A DNA stretch of 64,000 bases from an uncultured Mycoplasmatota bacterium (GCA_900545005.1 UQXO01000007.1:11126-75125), one strand, 5' to 3'; numbered from the stretch's first letter, positions 34,709 through 44,984 are shown. Notes: generated by a model not told the origin, from the sequence alone. Numbers and translations are program-made.

Positions 34709-35650
34709 ATGTTAGATTCTTTTAAAGATAAGAAAACTGATACTTTTAGACAATTAAATAAACTCTTAAAAAGTAAGAGTATAGTAAGTGATTTTGCTCC
34801 CTTTTCCTCTTATTCGCCTGTTTATATAGAGACTAATGAATGTCAAAGAGGAGTTTTAAGTAAGCTTGATGTTGCTGGTAAAGATGTTCTTTGTGTGACT
34901 TCGAGTGCTGATTTTGCTTTTAATGCTTTAGCTAGTGGAGCCCGTAAGGTAACAACTTTTGATAAGAATAAGTTTGCTAAGTATGTCTTAGCTTTAAAGA
35001 TAGCAACCATTAAGACTTATTATAGTGCTTCGGGATATTCACGATTTTGGTTAAAAGATAGTCCTGATTACTTATCTAAAAGACTATTTAATGATATTAA
35101 AAATTATTTATCGCCAAGAGATTATGAGTTTTGGACCTATGTTTTTCAAGATGATTTTAATCTTAGAGAAAGTAATTTCATTAGAAAAACGATGTATGGG
35201 ACTTATAATATGCAAAATAAATATAATATTTATTATAATAATTATTATTATCTTCTTTTAAGACAAGCCCTTTTGAAAGAACCTATTATAACCTATGACT
35301 TAGATATTACGGATATCTTTAAGATTAAAGAGTCTTTTGATGTTATTTATCTATCTAATATATTACAATATTATAAAGAAATTGAGCTTCTTAAAGATGC
35401 GGATACAGTTCATAAATTTCTTAATAATCTTAAAAGACTAATGGTAAAACCAGGAGGAGTAGTAAGTGTTAATTATTGTTATTGGGCTAATCTATTAGAG
35501 TTTTGTGATTTCTTGGATACTACCCTTGAAGACTTAGTTAATATTCTTACTTTAAAATATCCAAGTGAATATGATTTACAAACCTTTAGTACTGTTTTTG
35601 ATGATACTTTAGAAGGGATTTGTTTGACTAGAAAAAGAGCTCTAAAATGA
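34709..35650 (+). CDS. DUF3419/BtaA-like SAM-dependent enzyme family protein
   Basis: DVLCVTSSADFAFNALASGARKVTTFDKNKFAKYVLALKIA and FDVIYLSNILQY resemble the DUF3419 pattern (itSaGdNal...avDlN..Q..LleLK...fD.i.LSn). Confidence 0.5.
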   Translation: MLDSFKDKKTDTFRQLNKLLKSKSIVSDFAPFSSYSPVYIETNECQRGVLSKLDVAGKDVLCVTSSADFAFNALASGARKVTTFDKNKFAKYVLALKIATIKTYYSASGYSRFWLKDSPDYLSKRLFNDIKNYLSPRDYEFWTYVFQDDFNLRESNFIRKTMYGTYNMQNKYNIYYNNYYYLLLRQALLKEPIITYDLDITDIFKIKESFDVIYLSNILQYYKEIELLKDADTVHKFLNNLKRLMVKPGGVVSVNYCYWANLLEFCDFLDTTLEDLVNILTLKYPSEYDLQTFSTVFDDTLEGICLTRKRALK

Positions 35651-36534
35651 TTTTAAACATTAGTGGGCGAACAGATATAGTTGGCTTTTATACGCCTTGT
35701 TTTCTTAAGAGATTAAAGGCTGGTTTTGTTGATGTTAGAAATCCCTATAATGAGACTCAAGTTAGTAGAATTTATTTTGAAGATGTGGAATTATTAGTCT
35801 TTTGTACCAAAAATCCTAGACCTATTATTCCATATCTAAAAAGTATTCCTAAACCGCTTCTTTTTCATATTACTGTTACTGGATATCATCAGGATATTGA
35901 ACCTAACGTCAAAGATAAGAAAAGTATTATTGAAGATATTAAAGAGATTAGTAAGACTATAGGAAAAGAAAGAGTCTATTTAAGATATGATCCAATATTT
36001 CTTAATGATAAGTATACCGTAGAATATCATATCAGCTGTATTAAAAGATTATGTGAGCTTTTAGAAGGGTATATTGATAAGATAATTATATCCTTCATTG
36101 ATGATTATAAGAATGTTAGAAAGAATGAGAAAGTCTTAAGATTTAGAGAGTTTAAGGAAAGTGATTATAAATCCTTAGGAGAAAATATTAGTAAGATATG
36201 TCACTCTCATGGCATAAGAGTCCATACATGTTTTGAAAAGAGAAATCTAGTAGAGTATGGTTTTGATGAAGAAATGTGTTTATCTCATGAATTAGCTTAT
36301 ATCTTAACCGGAAAGAAGTATCCTAATTGGAAAGCCCGAAAAGAAGGTTTATGTAATTGTGTTAATATCATTGATATAGGAGTCTTTAATACTTGTTCTC
36401 ATTTTTGTAAATATTGCTATGCTAATTTTAAAGAAGAGGATGTCTTAAAGAATAAGAGTCTCCATGATTCTAATTCCTCCCTTTTAATAGGCTATCTTAA
36501 ACCCGAAGATAAAATAACCAGAAGAAAAAAATAA
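35647..36534 (+). CDS. DUF1848-domain protein (C-terminal Cys cluster, radical-SAM-like Fe-S site)
   Basis: N-terminal ISGRTDIVGFYTPCFLKRLKAGFVDVRNPYN and C-terminal CNCVNIIDIGVFNTCSHFCKYCYAN are typical of DUF1848. ATGA overlap with 34709..35650. Confidence 0.65.
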   Translation: MILNISGRTDIVGFYTPCFLKRLKAGFVDVRNPYNETQVSRIYFEDVELLVFCTKNPRPIIPYLKSIPKPLLFHITVTGYHQDIEPNVKDKKSIIEDIKEISKTIGKERVYLRYDPIFLNDKYTVEYHISCIKRLCELLEGYIDKIIISFIDDYKNVRKNEKVLRFREFKESDYKSLGENISKICHSHGIRVHTCFEKRNLVEYGFDEEMCLSHELAYILTGKKYPNWKARKEGLCNCVNIIDIGVFNTCSHFCKYCYANFKEEDVLKNKSLHDSNSSLLIGYLKPEDKITRRKK

Positions 36535-36587
36535 CTTTTTGAAACTAATTGCCTCCTTTTAGGGATTATTTGATAGAAGGAGTAATT

Positions 36588-36992
36588 ATGAAGAAGAAAA
36601 ATATTTTAATAATTAGTATCATTATAATACTTATCTTAGGAGGAATAACGTTTCTAAGATTAATAAATAATCAAGTAGTAAGAGAGACTTTACCTAAAGA
36701 TAAGACTACTTCTTATCAAGAAGTAATTAAGTTAAAAGATGGAAGAATTGTATATTCTAAGTACCAAGATAATACTAACTTAAAAGCAAAATTAGAAGAA
36801 AATAATAATTATCTTGATGATTTAGTTAAATCTATTAATAATAAAGTAATTCTTAAAGATGGAGGTAGTATTGTCTATAAGAAAAATGATATTTATATCG
36901 TAATGTGTCATCGGATAGGCAGTTTAGATGCAGATAAGACTATAGAAGATATCTATTTAGGGGATACTTATCAAGATGTTTGTTTAGAGTAA
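36588..36992 (+). CDS. hypothetical N-terminally anchored protein
   Basis: GAAGGAG RBS before ATG 36588. One TM helix, then a soluble domain of about 105 aa. Confidence 0.45.
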   Translation: MKKKNILIISIIIILILGGITFLRLINNQVVRETLPKDKTTSYQEVIKLKDGRIVYSKYQDNTNLKAKLEENNNYLDDLVKSINNKVILKDGGSIVYKKNDIYIVMCHRIGSLDADKTIEDIYLGDTYQDVCLE

Positions 36993-37091
36993 TATCTTGC
37001 CTTTAAAATTACTTGGAGAAAACCTCTAAGTCTTTTTTTCTTCTTAAAACCATTATTATGTAGTATAATGTATTAAGAAAAAGGTGATTAT

Positions 37092-38168
37092 ATGCGAATT
37101 ATAATAAGTGCTGGGGGAACAGGGGGCCATATTTATCCTGCTTTATCCATAATAGAAGGTTTTAAAAAGTATGATAAATCTTTAGAAGTATTATATATTG
37201 GGACTAAGAATCGAATGGAAAAGGATATAGTTCCTAAAGAAAATATTCCCTATTATGGCATTGAAATCTATGGCTTAACTAAAAACATTCTAAGAGATAT
37301 TAAAGATGTCTTTTTGATTGTAAAAGCTAAAAAAGAAGTAAAGAAACTCATAGAGGAGTTTAAGCCTGATGTTATCTTAGGAGTAGGAGGATATGTTACT
37401 TATCCTGTCTTAATGGCTGCTAGAGCCAAACATATTAAGACATTTATTCATGAACAGAATGCTATTCCCGGAAAAACTAATAAAATGATAAGTAAATATG
37501 CCGATATAATTGGGGTTTCTTTTCCTGAGACTAGGAAGTATTTTCCTAATAAAAACGTCATTTATACAGGAAATCCCACGGGAATAAGAGCTCTAAATAC
37601 CCCTATAATCTCCAAGACATCTTTAGGACTTAAAGAGTCTTTACCCTTAGTAGTTGTTGTTTGTGGTTCCCTAGGGAGTGCCACCGTTAATAAGATAATG
37701 ACCGGATATTTAAGCACTTTAGAAAATGCTAAATATCAAATCGTTTATATTACGGGCAAAGCTTTATACCCAGAGTTTACCAAGACTAAGTATCCCAAAA
37801 ATGTTTTGGTATTACCTTATTTAGACAATTTAAGTGGTCTTTTAAAAAGTGCTGATATTCTAGTTGCCAGAGCCGGTGCTTCCACTATCGCCGAAATTAA
37901 AGCCTTAAATATTCCTAGTATTTTAATACCTAGTCCTTATGTTGCCAATAATCATCAATATTTTAATGCCAAAGCTCTAGTTGATAATGATGAGGCTATT
38001 ATGTTAGAAGAGGAAAATCTTAGTACCGATAATATTAAGAAGACAATTGAGAATCTTCTTAATGATAAAGAAAAGTATCAAAGGATAAAGAATAATTTAA
38101 GTAAAGTAAATACCCTAGATAGTGCTAAGATTATTTATGAAGCAGTTAAGGAGCTTATTAAGAAATGA
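37092..38168 (+). CDS. murG: undecaprenyldiphospho-muramoylpentapeptide beta-N-acetylglucosaminyltransferase
   Basis: GGTGGHIYPAL N-terminal motif and a GT28 C-terminal domain (ARAGASTIAE). Confidence 0.95.
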   Translation: MRIIISAGGTGGHIYPALSIIEGFKKYDKSLEVLYIGTKNRMEKDIVPKENIPYYGIEIYGLTKNILRDIKDVFLIVKAKKEVKKLIEEFKPDVILGVGGYVTYPVLMAARAKHIKTFIHEQNAIPGKTNKMISKYADIIGVSFPETRKYFPNKNVIYTGNPTGIRALNTPIISKTSLGLKESLPLVVVVCGSLGSATVNKIMTGYLSTLENAKYQIVYITGKALYPEFTKTKYPKNVLVLPYLDNLSGLLKSADILVARAGASTIAEIKALNIPSILIPSPYVANNHQYFNAKALVDNDEAIMLEEENLSTDNIKKTIENLLNDKEKYQRIKNNLSKVNTLDSAKIIYEAVKELIKK

Positions 38169-39052
38169 ATAAAAAGTGTGAATTAAAGAAAAATGTGAAT
38201 TTGTTAGATTATAATACTTATCGGGTAGAAGCTAGATGTCATTATATGGCTTGTCCAGCAACCCTAAAAGACTTAGAAAACTTACTTACTTATGTTATAA
38301 ATCATCAAATTAAATATTTTGTTTTAGGTAATGGCTCGAATGTGATATTAGATGGTTACTTTGATGGTTTAGTTATCAATATGAAAAATTTAGATAAGGT
38401 GATTAAGAAAAGTCCAACCGACATCATTGCCTATAGTGGAATTATGCTACCTAAACTCGTTAATTTTTGTGTTAAAAATAATATGGCTGGACTAGAGTGG
38501 GCTAGTGGTATTCCTGGCACTTTAGGGGGCGCTATTTACGGTAATGCCGGTGCTTATAATGAAGCTATCTATGACTATTTAGAAGAGATAATTGTTCTTC
38601 ATAATGGCAAACTAGAAACTTTAAAGAAAAGTAAAATTAACTATGGTTACCGAACTAGTTTTTTTCAAGGAAAACGCCAATATATCATCATCGCCGCTCA
38701 TTTAAAATTAAAACCTGGTGATAAAGAAACTTCTCTTAAAATTATGAATGACCGCTTAACAAGACGCTTAAAAACACAACCCTTAAGTTATCCATCAGCA
38801 GGTTCTGTCTTCCGTAATCCCAGTAAAGACCTACCGGCAGGAAAACTAATTGAAGATGCTAATCTTAAAGGCTATAAAGAAGGTGGTGCCACCGTTTCTA
38901 CTAAACATGCCAACTTTATAATCAATGAAAATAAGGCTACATCTAAAGACATTATTAATCTTATCAGCCATATTAAAAAAGTCATTAAAGAAAAAGATAA
39001 TATCGATTTAATCTTAGAACAAGAAATAGTAAAGTGGGATTCATATGAATAA
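38165..39052 (+). CDS. murB: UDP-N-acetylenolpyruvoylglucosamine reductase
   Basis: FAD-binding domain (GNGSNV), GSVFRNP motif and ATGA overlap with murG. Confidence 0.95.
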   Translation: MNKKCELKKNVNLLDYNTYRVEARCHYMACPATLKDLENLLTYVINHQIKYFVLGNGSNVILDGYFDGLVINMKNLDKVIKKSPTDIIAYSGIMLPKLVNFCVKNNMAGLEWASGIPGTLGGAIYGNAGAYNEAIYDYLEEIIVLHNGKLETLKKSKINYGYRTSFFQGKRQYIIIAAHLKLKPGDKETSLKIMNDRLTRRLKTQPLSYPSAGSVFRNPSKDLPAGKLIEDANLKGYKEGGATVSTKHANFIINENKATSKDIINLISHIKKVIKEKDNIDLILEQEIVKWDSYE

Positions 39053-39797
39053 AAAGAAGAGACATCGTAAATTAAATAAAAAAAGAGTCTTTACTCTTCT
39101 TATCTTTCTATTAGGAATTATATTCTTTATTATATTTCTTTTAAATCTAAGAGTTAAAAACATCTTAATAATAGGTAATACTTATATAAAAGATAGTGAA
39201 ATTATAAGAAAGTGTAATTTAAAAGACTATCCTTACTATAAAGATATTAATAAAAAGACTATTGAAAATACTATTAATAATATTCCTTTACTTAATAAAA
39301 CGAAAGTTCTAAAGAAATTAAATGGTACTTTAAAAATAATTGTTGAAGAAGAAAAACCACTTCTTTACTTAAATGATACTAGTAAGATTATAACAGATCA
39401 AAATAATACCTATGAAAATATAAACTTAGATATTATTTCTATGCCAACTTTAAAGAATAATATAAGTATAGAGACTCAAAAATATCTAGTTACAGCTTTA
39501 AGTAAAATAAAAACTAATCTTTTAGAAATGATAAGTGAAATTGAATATACTCCTACTATTAGTCAAAATGGGACTATAATTGATGATAAACGCTTTACTT
39601 TTTATATGAATGATTCTAATATAGCAGTGATAAATGCCATTAATATCGATAAATTTAATAATTACTTAAAGATAGTTAGTAAAACGATGGATAGTTTTGA
39701 TTCTAGTGTTAAAGGAACTTATAACTTTGATTCGGGGACTAGTAATGTTTTCTTTAGTAAGTTTGGTAGTAAGGAGAGTTCTAATGATGAAAATTAA
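39045..39797 (+). CDS. divIB: cell division protein DivIB/FtsQ
   Basis: Basic N-terminus, single TM helix and a POTRA-like region (VKNILIIGNTYIKDSEI...). Position after murB. Confidence 0.75.
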   Translation: MNKKKRHRKLNKKRVFTLLIFLLGIIFFIIFLLNLRVKNILIIGNTYIKDSEIIRKCNLKDYPYYKDINKKTIENTINNIPLLNKTKVLKKLNGTLKIIVEEEKPLLYLNDTSKIITDQNNTYENINLDIISMPTLKNNISIETQKYLVTALSKIKTNLLEMISEIEYTPTISQNGTIIDDKRFTFYMNDSNIAVINAINIDKFNNYLKIVSKTMDSFDSSVKGTYNFDSGTSNVFFSKFGSKESSNDEN

Positions 39798-40404
39798 TTA
39801 TGATAAGAAAATGTGGGAGATTATAGATAAAGAAAAGAAGTTAAAAAGACTTTTATTACATTCTTGTTGTGCTCCTTGTAGTAGTGCTTGTCTTGAGAAA
39901 TTAACTCCTTATTTTGATATTACAATTCTTTATTATAATCCTAATATTGAACCTTATGAAGAATATTTAAAAAGAAAAGAAGAAGAAATAAGATTTATTG
40001 AATATTATCCCCATCAAAATAAAATAGACATCCTTGATTGTGACTATGATCATGAAAAGTTTATAAAGATTGCTAAAGGACTGGAAGAAGAACCTGAACG
40101 GGGAAAAAGATGTCTTAAATGCTATAATCTTCGAATGGAATATACGGCTATAAAAGCTAAAGAACTAGGATATGATTACTTTGCTACTACTCTTACTTTA
40201 AGTCCTCTAAAGGATAGTCAAGTCCTTAATAATATTGGTTATGCTATTAGTAAGAAAATAGATATTCCTTATCTACCCAGTGACTTTAAAAAGAATAATG
40301 GCTATCAAAGAAGTATTGAACTATCAAAAGAATATAACTTATATAGACAAAACTTCTGTGGATGTATCTATTCTAAAGAAAAAAGTATAAGTAAAGATAA
40401 CTAG
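39784..40404 (+). CDS. queH: epoxyqueuosine reductase QueH (DUF208)
   Basis: LLLHSCCAPCSS...YYNPNI...RCLKCY...TLTLSP...FCGC motif set of QueH. AAGGAGAG RBS before ATG 39784; the track start at 39697 lies inside divIB. Confidence 0.85.
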   Translation: MMKINYDKKMWEIIDKEKKLKRLLLHSCCAPCSSACLEKLTPYFDITILYYNPNIEPYEEYLKRKEEEIRFIEYYPHQNKIDILDCDYDHEKFIKIAKGLEEEPERGKRCLKCYNLRMEYTAIKAKELGYDYFATTLTLSPLKDSQVLNNIGYAISKKIDIPYLPSDFKKNNGYQRSIELSKEYNLYRQNFCGCIYSKEKSISKDN

Positions 40405-40634
40405 ATTTCTAGTTTCTTTTTTTCGTTACTTAATCTTTTATAAGTATTTAGATAAAAAATTAAAAGCCAAAAAAATCTTAAGAAATTTAATTTAGAAGCG
40501 TTTTTAATAGGAGATAAACTTCTTTAGAAGTTATTAAAGTTTTTCCTTGCAATTAACCTTCTAATTACTTATAATTAACTAAGTAATAGGGAGTCTAAAA
40601 GAGCTTAAAAACTTTCTAAAAAATACTTAAAACA

Positions 40635-40663
40635 ATTGACTTGTAGCTTTCCCTAAGATAGAA
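40635..40663 (+). promoter_or_regulatory. sigma-A type promoter (TTGACT-17-TAGAAT) for mtaB
   Basis: Hexamers at 40635..40640 and 40658..40663. A further TTGCAA-17-TATAAT lies about 80 nt upstream, near 40556..40584. Confidence 0.5.
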
Positions 40664-40705
40664 TACAGCTACCAGAAAGAAAAATAACATAAGAGGAGCG
40701 ATAAT

Positions 40706-41983
40706 ATGACCTTTAAAATCATAACATTAGGATGCAAAGTAAATACCTATGAATCAGAAGTGATGCAGGAGCATCTTCTTAAGGCAGGATATAAACTAGT
40801 AGAAGGGGATGCTAAGAGTGATATTGTTATCATTAATACCTGTTCTGTGACTAATATGGCTGATAGTAAATCAAGAAAACTAATTCGCCATACGAAAAGA
40901 GAAAATCCATCTGGAGTTTTAGTTGTCTGTGGTTGTTCAGCAGAAAATCATCAAGAAGAGTTAAAAGATTTAAATATTGATATTCTAATTGGAAATAATG
41001 GTAAATCTAAGATAGTTAGCCTTATTAATAACTATTTAGCCTCTAAGACTCCGTATACCTATTTTGCGGGGACAAGAGATTTAGACTTTGAAGATATGGA
41101 AGTTGATAAGTTTACAACTCATACTAGAGGATTTATTAAAGTTCAGGATGGATGTAATAATTTTTGTACTTATTGTATTATCCCTTATATGCGGGGAAAT
41201 ATTCGAAGTAAGAATTTTAATGTGGCTTTAAAAGAGGCCGAAAACCTAGTTAATAATGGGCATCAAGAAATCGTTTTAACCGGAATTCATACTGGTTCTT
41301 ATGGTCGTGGTACCGACCATGATTTAACAGATTTAATTAATGCTATGTCAAAAATTGCCGGTTTAAAAAACATTCGTATATCTAGTATTGAAATAACCGA
41401 ATTAGATGAAAAATTTATGGAAATGTTAAAGACTAATCCTAAAGTTTGTCATCATATGCATATTCCTTTACAATCGGGTTCTGATAAGATTTTAAAACTT
41501 ATGAATAGAAAATATAATAAGAGTGAGTTCTTAAAGAAAATTAAAGAGATTAGAGAATGTATTCCCGATATTAATATTACTACCGATGTTATTACCGGGT
41601 TTCCTAGTGAGACGGAAAGTGATTTTGAAGAATGTTTAGAATTTTGCAAGACGGTTGGCTTTAGTAAAATTCATACCTTTCCTTATTCCGAAAGAACCGG
41701 GACAGTGGCTGCTAAAATGCCTAATCAAGTACCTGTAAACATCAGAAAAGAGCGTGCTAAAAGACTAATTGCTTTATCTGATAAATTAGAACTTATCTAT
41801 AACCAAGACCAAATTGGTAAGACTTTTCCAGTCTTAATTGAAGAAGTAAAAAATGATACTTCCATTGGACATACTTCGACTTACTTAAAAGTTTTGGTAA
41901 ATAAAAGTCTTGAACATAATAAGTTCTATGATATTACGATTACCCAGGCTTTTAATGACCATGTTATAGGCATTGTAAAATAA
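40706..41983 (+). CDS. mtaB: tRNA (N6-threonylcarbamoyladenosine) methylthiotransferase MtaB
   Basis: UPF0004 N-domain (FKIITLGCKVNTYESE), radical SAM CNNFCTYC motif and a TRAM C-terminus. The size and lack of the MiaB N-terminal extension favour MtaB. Confidence 0.85.
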   Translation: MTFKIITLGCKVNTYESEVMQEHLLKAGYKLVEGDAKSDIVIINTCSVTNMADSKSRKLIRHTKRENPSGVLVVCGCSAENHQEELKDLNIDILIGNNGKSKIVSLINNYLASKTPYTYFAGTRDLDFEDMEVDKFTTHTRGFIKVQDGCNNFCTYCIIPYMRGNIRSKNFNVALKEAENLVNNGHQEIVLTGIHTGSYGRGTDHDLTDLINAMSKIAGLKNIRISSIEITELDEKFMEMLKTNPKVCHHMHIPLQSGSDKILKLMNRKYNKSEFLKKIKEIRECIPDINITTDVITGFPSETESDFEECLEFCKTVGFSKIHTFPYSERTGTVAAKMPNQVPVNIRKERAKRLIALSDKLELIYNQDQIGKTFPVLIEEVKNDTSIGHTSTYLKVLVNKSLEHNKFYDITITQAFNDHVIGIVK

Positions 41984-42018
41984 ATGTGCTATACTGATTA
42001 TAATGATAGGTGGTAGTT

Positions 42019-42513
42019 ATGTATCCAAAAATCTTAAATAATTATATTTTTAATGAATTTTTAAAGTCTTTAATCATCACCTTAATTCTCATAATAGTGG
42101 CTTTTAATATTGCTAGTTATCTTTATAAGAAAAATATGAGTAATGTTTATACTACTTCTAATTTAGTTATTGATATTGCTCCGGAAATTAAACATGACCT
42201 TGCTAAACTTACCGATGTTGATTCTTTTAAGGAAAAAGGAAATATCATTGGCATTACTAATAATAGGAAAGATACTTCTTATAAAATTCTTCTTTGTGGA
42301 AAGAAAAATGATAATCTGCGTCTTAATATTAATAATACCTCTATTAAGAATTTAAGTTCTTATACTTATAATAATTCTTGTTATACCTTAGTAGAGGCTC
42401 CTAGCTATAAAGAAACTACTGATATGTATGAAGTAAAACTCTTTATTCCTGCTAGTTCCCTAATAAGTGATTATTATGCCTCATATGAACTTAAAGTCCA
42501 AGAAAATAACTAA
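42019..42513 (+). CDS. stand-alone short member of the surface-protein N-module family
   Basis: N-terminal TM anchor. LRLNINNTSIKNLSSY aligns with LAVLVNNKDIRLLSSY (26013) and VATRVNNEEIKTLDSF (7317). The YEVKLFIP...YELKVQ end parallels DYSISLWID...KSKIVV. Confidence 0.5.
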   Translation: MYPKILNNYIFNEFLKSLIITLILIIVAFNIASYLYKKNMSNVYTTSNLVIDIAPEIKHDLAKLTDVDSFKEKGNIIGITNNRKDTSYKILLCGKKNDNLRLNINNTSIKNLSSYTYNNSCYTLVEAPSYKETTDMYEVKLFIPASSLISDYYASYELKVQENN

Positions 42514-43342
42514 GTAAAAAGATACTAACACTTAAAAAAGAGGCATAAAATCTTCCTAAGATATATCTAGTAAGTGAGATATAACTATTCTTTAAAACTG
42601 CTTTAATCTGCATAAAGATAGAAATACCACCAAAATTAATAAAGATTAAAGCTAGCATACTTTTAGACATCAAAGAAGTATTTAAAGTAACTAAATAATT
42701 AAGACCATTACTGACTTCTAAAATACCTACTAAAAAGCCTAAATCTTTAGGAATTAAAAGACTTAAAAGATTAAAAAGAATAATCATACCTAGGACATTT
42801 AAAAAGATATCTTTAGCATTATTAACTTCCTCTACTAGTAAATCTCCTAAAGAAATTTCTTTATTTCTTTTTAAAGGTTTACCTTTAGTCTTATGAATAA
42901 AATATAATAAGATATTACTAAAATAAGAGATAAATATAATCTTAAAGACAATATTAAGTGGTAGGAATAGTTTTAACATCGTATACAAGAAGAGAGGATT
43001 AAGAAAGAAGTTAGCCATTATATAAGAATTAGCATCTTCTTTACTAATTATGCCCTTAATAACTAAGTCATTAAGAATAATATAGCTACTAGGACTTCCA
43101 CATAAAAGGCTTAAAAGAAAGATATAAAGATAATTTGACTTTGTTAACCGATAAATATAGTAGGGAAAGTTATAATTAATTAAGACTTTACTTAAAATAT
43201 ACATTGGAAACAAAGAAATAAAGACCTTGGTAATAAAAAGCTTACAACTATTTAAAATAGAATTGGCAATGATTCCAGTATTTGTAAACAATAAGTAAAC
43301 TATAAATAGACAACAAAGTATAATAAGTAAATTTCGTTTCAT
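42491..43342 (-). CDS. ylbJ: YlbJ-like sporulation integral membrane protein (nucleoside-recognition-type)
   Basis: Polytopic membrane protein with an N-terminus (SILNSCKLFITKVFISLFPMYILSKVL) like YlbJ. The opposite-strand position next to ylbL matches Bacillus synteny. Confidence 0.55.
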   Translation of the reverse strand: MKRNLLIILCCLFIVYLLFTNTGIIANSILNSCKLFITKVFISLFPMYILSKVLINYNFPYYIYRLTKSNYLYIFLLSLLCGSPSSYIILNDLVIKGIISKEDANSYIMANFFLNPLFLYTMLKLFLPLNIVFKIIFISYFSNILLYFIHKTKGKPLKRNKEISLGDLLVEEVNNAKDIFLNVLGMIILFNLLSLLIPKDLGFLVGILEVSNGLNYLVTLNTSLMSKSMLALIFINFGGISIFMQIKAVLKNSYISLTRYILGRFYASFLSVSIFLLSYFLGL

Positions 43343-43384
43343 ATCTTTATCCTTTTTTGGTATAATTAAGTAAGGTGATTCAAT

Positions 43385-44392
43385 TTGACTAATAAATACT
43401 ATGCAAAATTAAAAAAAATTATCCAAGAAAATCTTGGCTATATAATAATTACGCTGGGAATAATTACTCTTTTTTGGATTGATACTCCTTATGTCATTTA
43501 TACTCCAGGTTCTTTTATTGATTTAAGTGATCGTATTACAGTGGATAATACGAAAGAAGAGATTAATGGGACTTTGGGAATGGCTTATGTTAGTGTCGTT
43601 AAAGCTTCACCCTTCTTTGTAGGATTAAGTTATTTAAATAAAAATTGGGATTTAGTTAGTAAAGACCAAATTAAGTATGATGATGAGTCAATTAAAGATG
43701 CTAATGAAAGAGAAAAACTTAGTATGGAAGAATCCATTAGTAATGCCAAACTTGCCGCTTTTAAAGAGGCCGGTAAACCCTCTACCATTACTAATACGAG
43801 ACATGTTATAACTTATTTAGATAGTAGTGATACCGAACTTAAATTATTTGATGAAATTAAAAGAGTAGAGGGTAAAGATATTAGTGATATTGAATCGATT
43901 AAGAAAATAGTAGCTACTAAAGAGGTAGGGGATTATCTTACTTTAGAAGTCGTAAGAAAAGATAATCTTATAAGTGTAAAGTCGGTTGTCTATGAAGAAG
44001 ATGGTCGTAAACTAATCGGCGTATCCTTAACTAATGTTAATGAAGTAACGACTGAGCCCCAAATAAAATTACAAGCTAAAACCAATGAATCTGGTCCTTC
44101 TGGCGGATTAATGATGTCTTTAAGTATCTATGATGCTATTAGTCCCCTAGACCTAGCTAAGGGGCGAAAGATTATTGGTACTGGCACCATAGCGCCTGAT
44201 GGCACCGTCGGCGCTATTGGGGGCGTTAAATATAAATTAATCGGGGCGGTTAAAAATAAGGCTGATATCTTCTTAGTTCCTAAAGATAATTATGAAGAAG
44301 CTAAAAAAGTAGCAAAAGATTATAAATTTAATATTAAAATAATCTCTGTATCTAGTCTTAAAGAAGCAATAAAGGAGTTAGAAAGTGAATAA
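43385..44392 (+). CDS. ylbL: YlbL/SepM-family PDZ + Lon-like serine protease
   Basis: TM anchor, PDZ region and Lon C-terminal protease motif GPSGGLMMSL...GTGTIAPDGTVGAIGGVKYK. TTG start after an AAGGTGA RBS. Confidence 0.8.
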   Translation: MTNKYYAKLKKIIQENLGYIIITLGIITLFWIDTPYVIYTPGSFIDLSDRITVDNTKEEINGTLGMAYVSVVKASPFFVGLSYLNKNWDLVSKDQIKYDDESIKDANEREKLSMEESISNAKLAAFKEAGKPSTITNTRHVITYLDSSDTELKLFDEIKRVEGKDISDIESIKKIVATKEVGDYLTLEVVRKDNLISVKSVVYEEDGRKLIGVSLTNVNEVTTEPQIKLQAKTNESGPSGGLMMSLSIYDAISPLDLAKGRKIIGTGTIAPDGTVGAIGGVKYKLIGAVKNKADIFLVPKDNYEEAKKVAKDYKFNIKIISVSSLKEAIKELESE

Positions 44393-44984
44393 CAGTTATT
44401 ATAATAAAGATGTCTATAACGATTTAGAACCTATTAATAAATGTACTTATTTTAATGAATGGTTTAAGATAGTTGAACCTATTCTTTTGAATGACGAATT
44501 TCAACGTCGTAAACTATTCCTTCATCATGAGAACTCAGTCTGGGAACATTCAATCATTGTTTCTTTTAAATCCTTTTTAGTAGCTAAATTTTATAATCTA
44601 AATGTCTATGATGCGACAATTGCTGGGCTTTTACATGACTTTTATCCCCAAGCTTGGCAATTTAATCAAGAATTATATGACCTTGACCCTACTTATTTTT
44701 TAAGATATTTTAAAAAACATAAAAATATCAAAGAATGGCACGGACTTGTCCATGGCAAAGAAGCTGCTCTTAATGCCAAGAAATATTTTCCTGACTTTGT
44801 TAATAAACGTATTCTTGATAGTATTAAATATCATATGTTTCCCCTTACGGTTATTCCTCCTCACTATCTTGAAGGTTGGATTGTAACTTCAATGGATAAA
44901 AAAGCTTCCGTATCTGTTCTTAAAGATTTTAAAGAACTACCTAATTATGTAGGAATTCGTACTCATCGCGTTCGTAAAGATTAG
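44385..44984 (+). CDS. HD-domain phosphohydrolase
   Basis: H...HD motif (WEHS...GLLHDFY). GTG start 7 nt after AAGGAG, overlapping the ylbL stop. Confidence 0.7.
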   Translation: MNNSYYNKDVYNDLEPINKCTYFNEWFKIVEPILLNDEFQRRKLFLHHENSVWEHSIIVSFKSFLVAKFYNLNVYDATIAGLLHDFYPQAWQFNQELYDLDPTYFLRYFKKHKNIKEWHGLVHGKEAALNAKKYFPDFVNKRILDSIKYHMFPLTVIPPHYLEGWIVTSMDKKASVSVLKDFKELPNYVGIRTHRVRKD

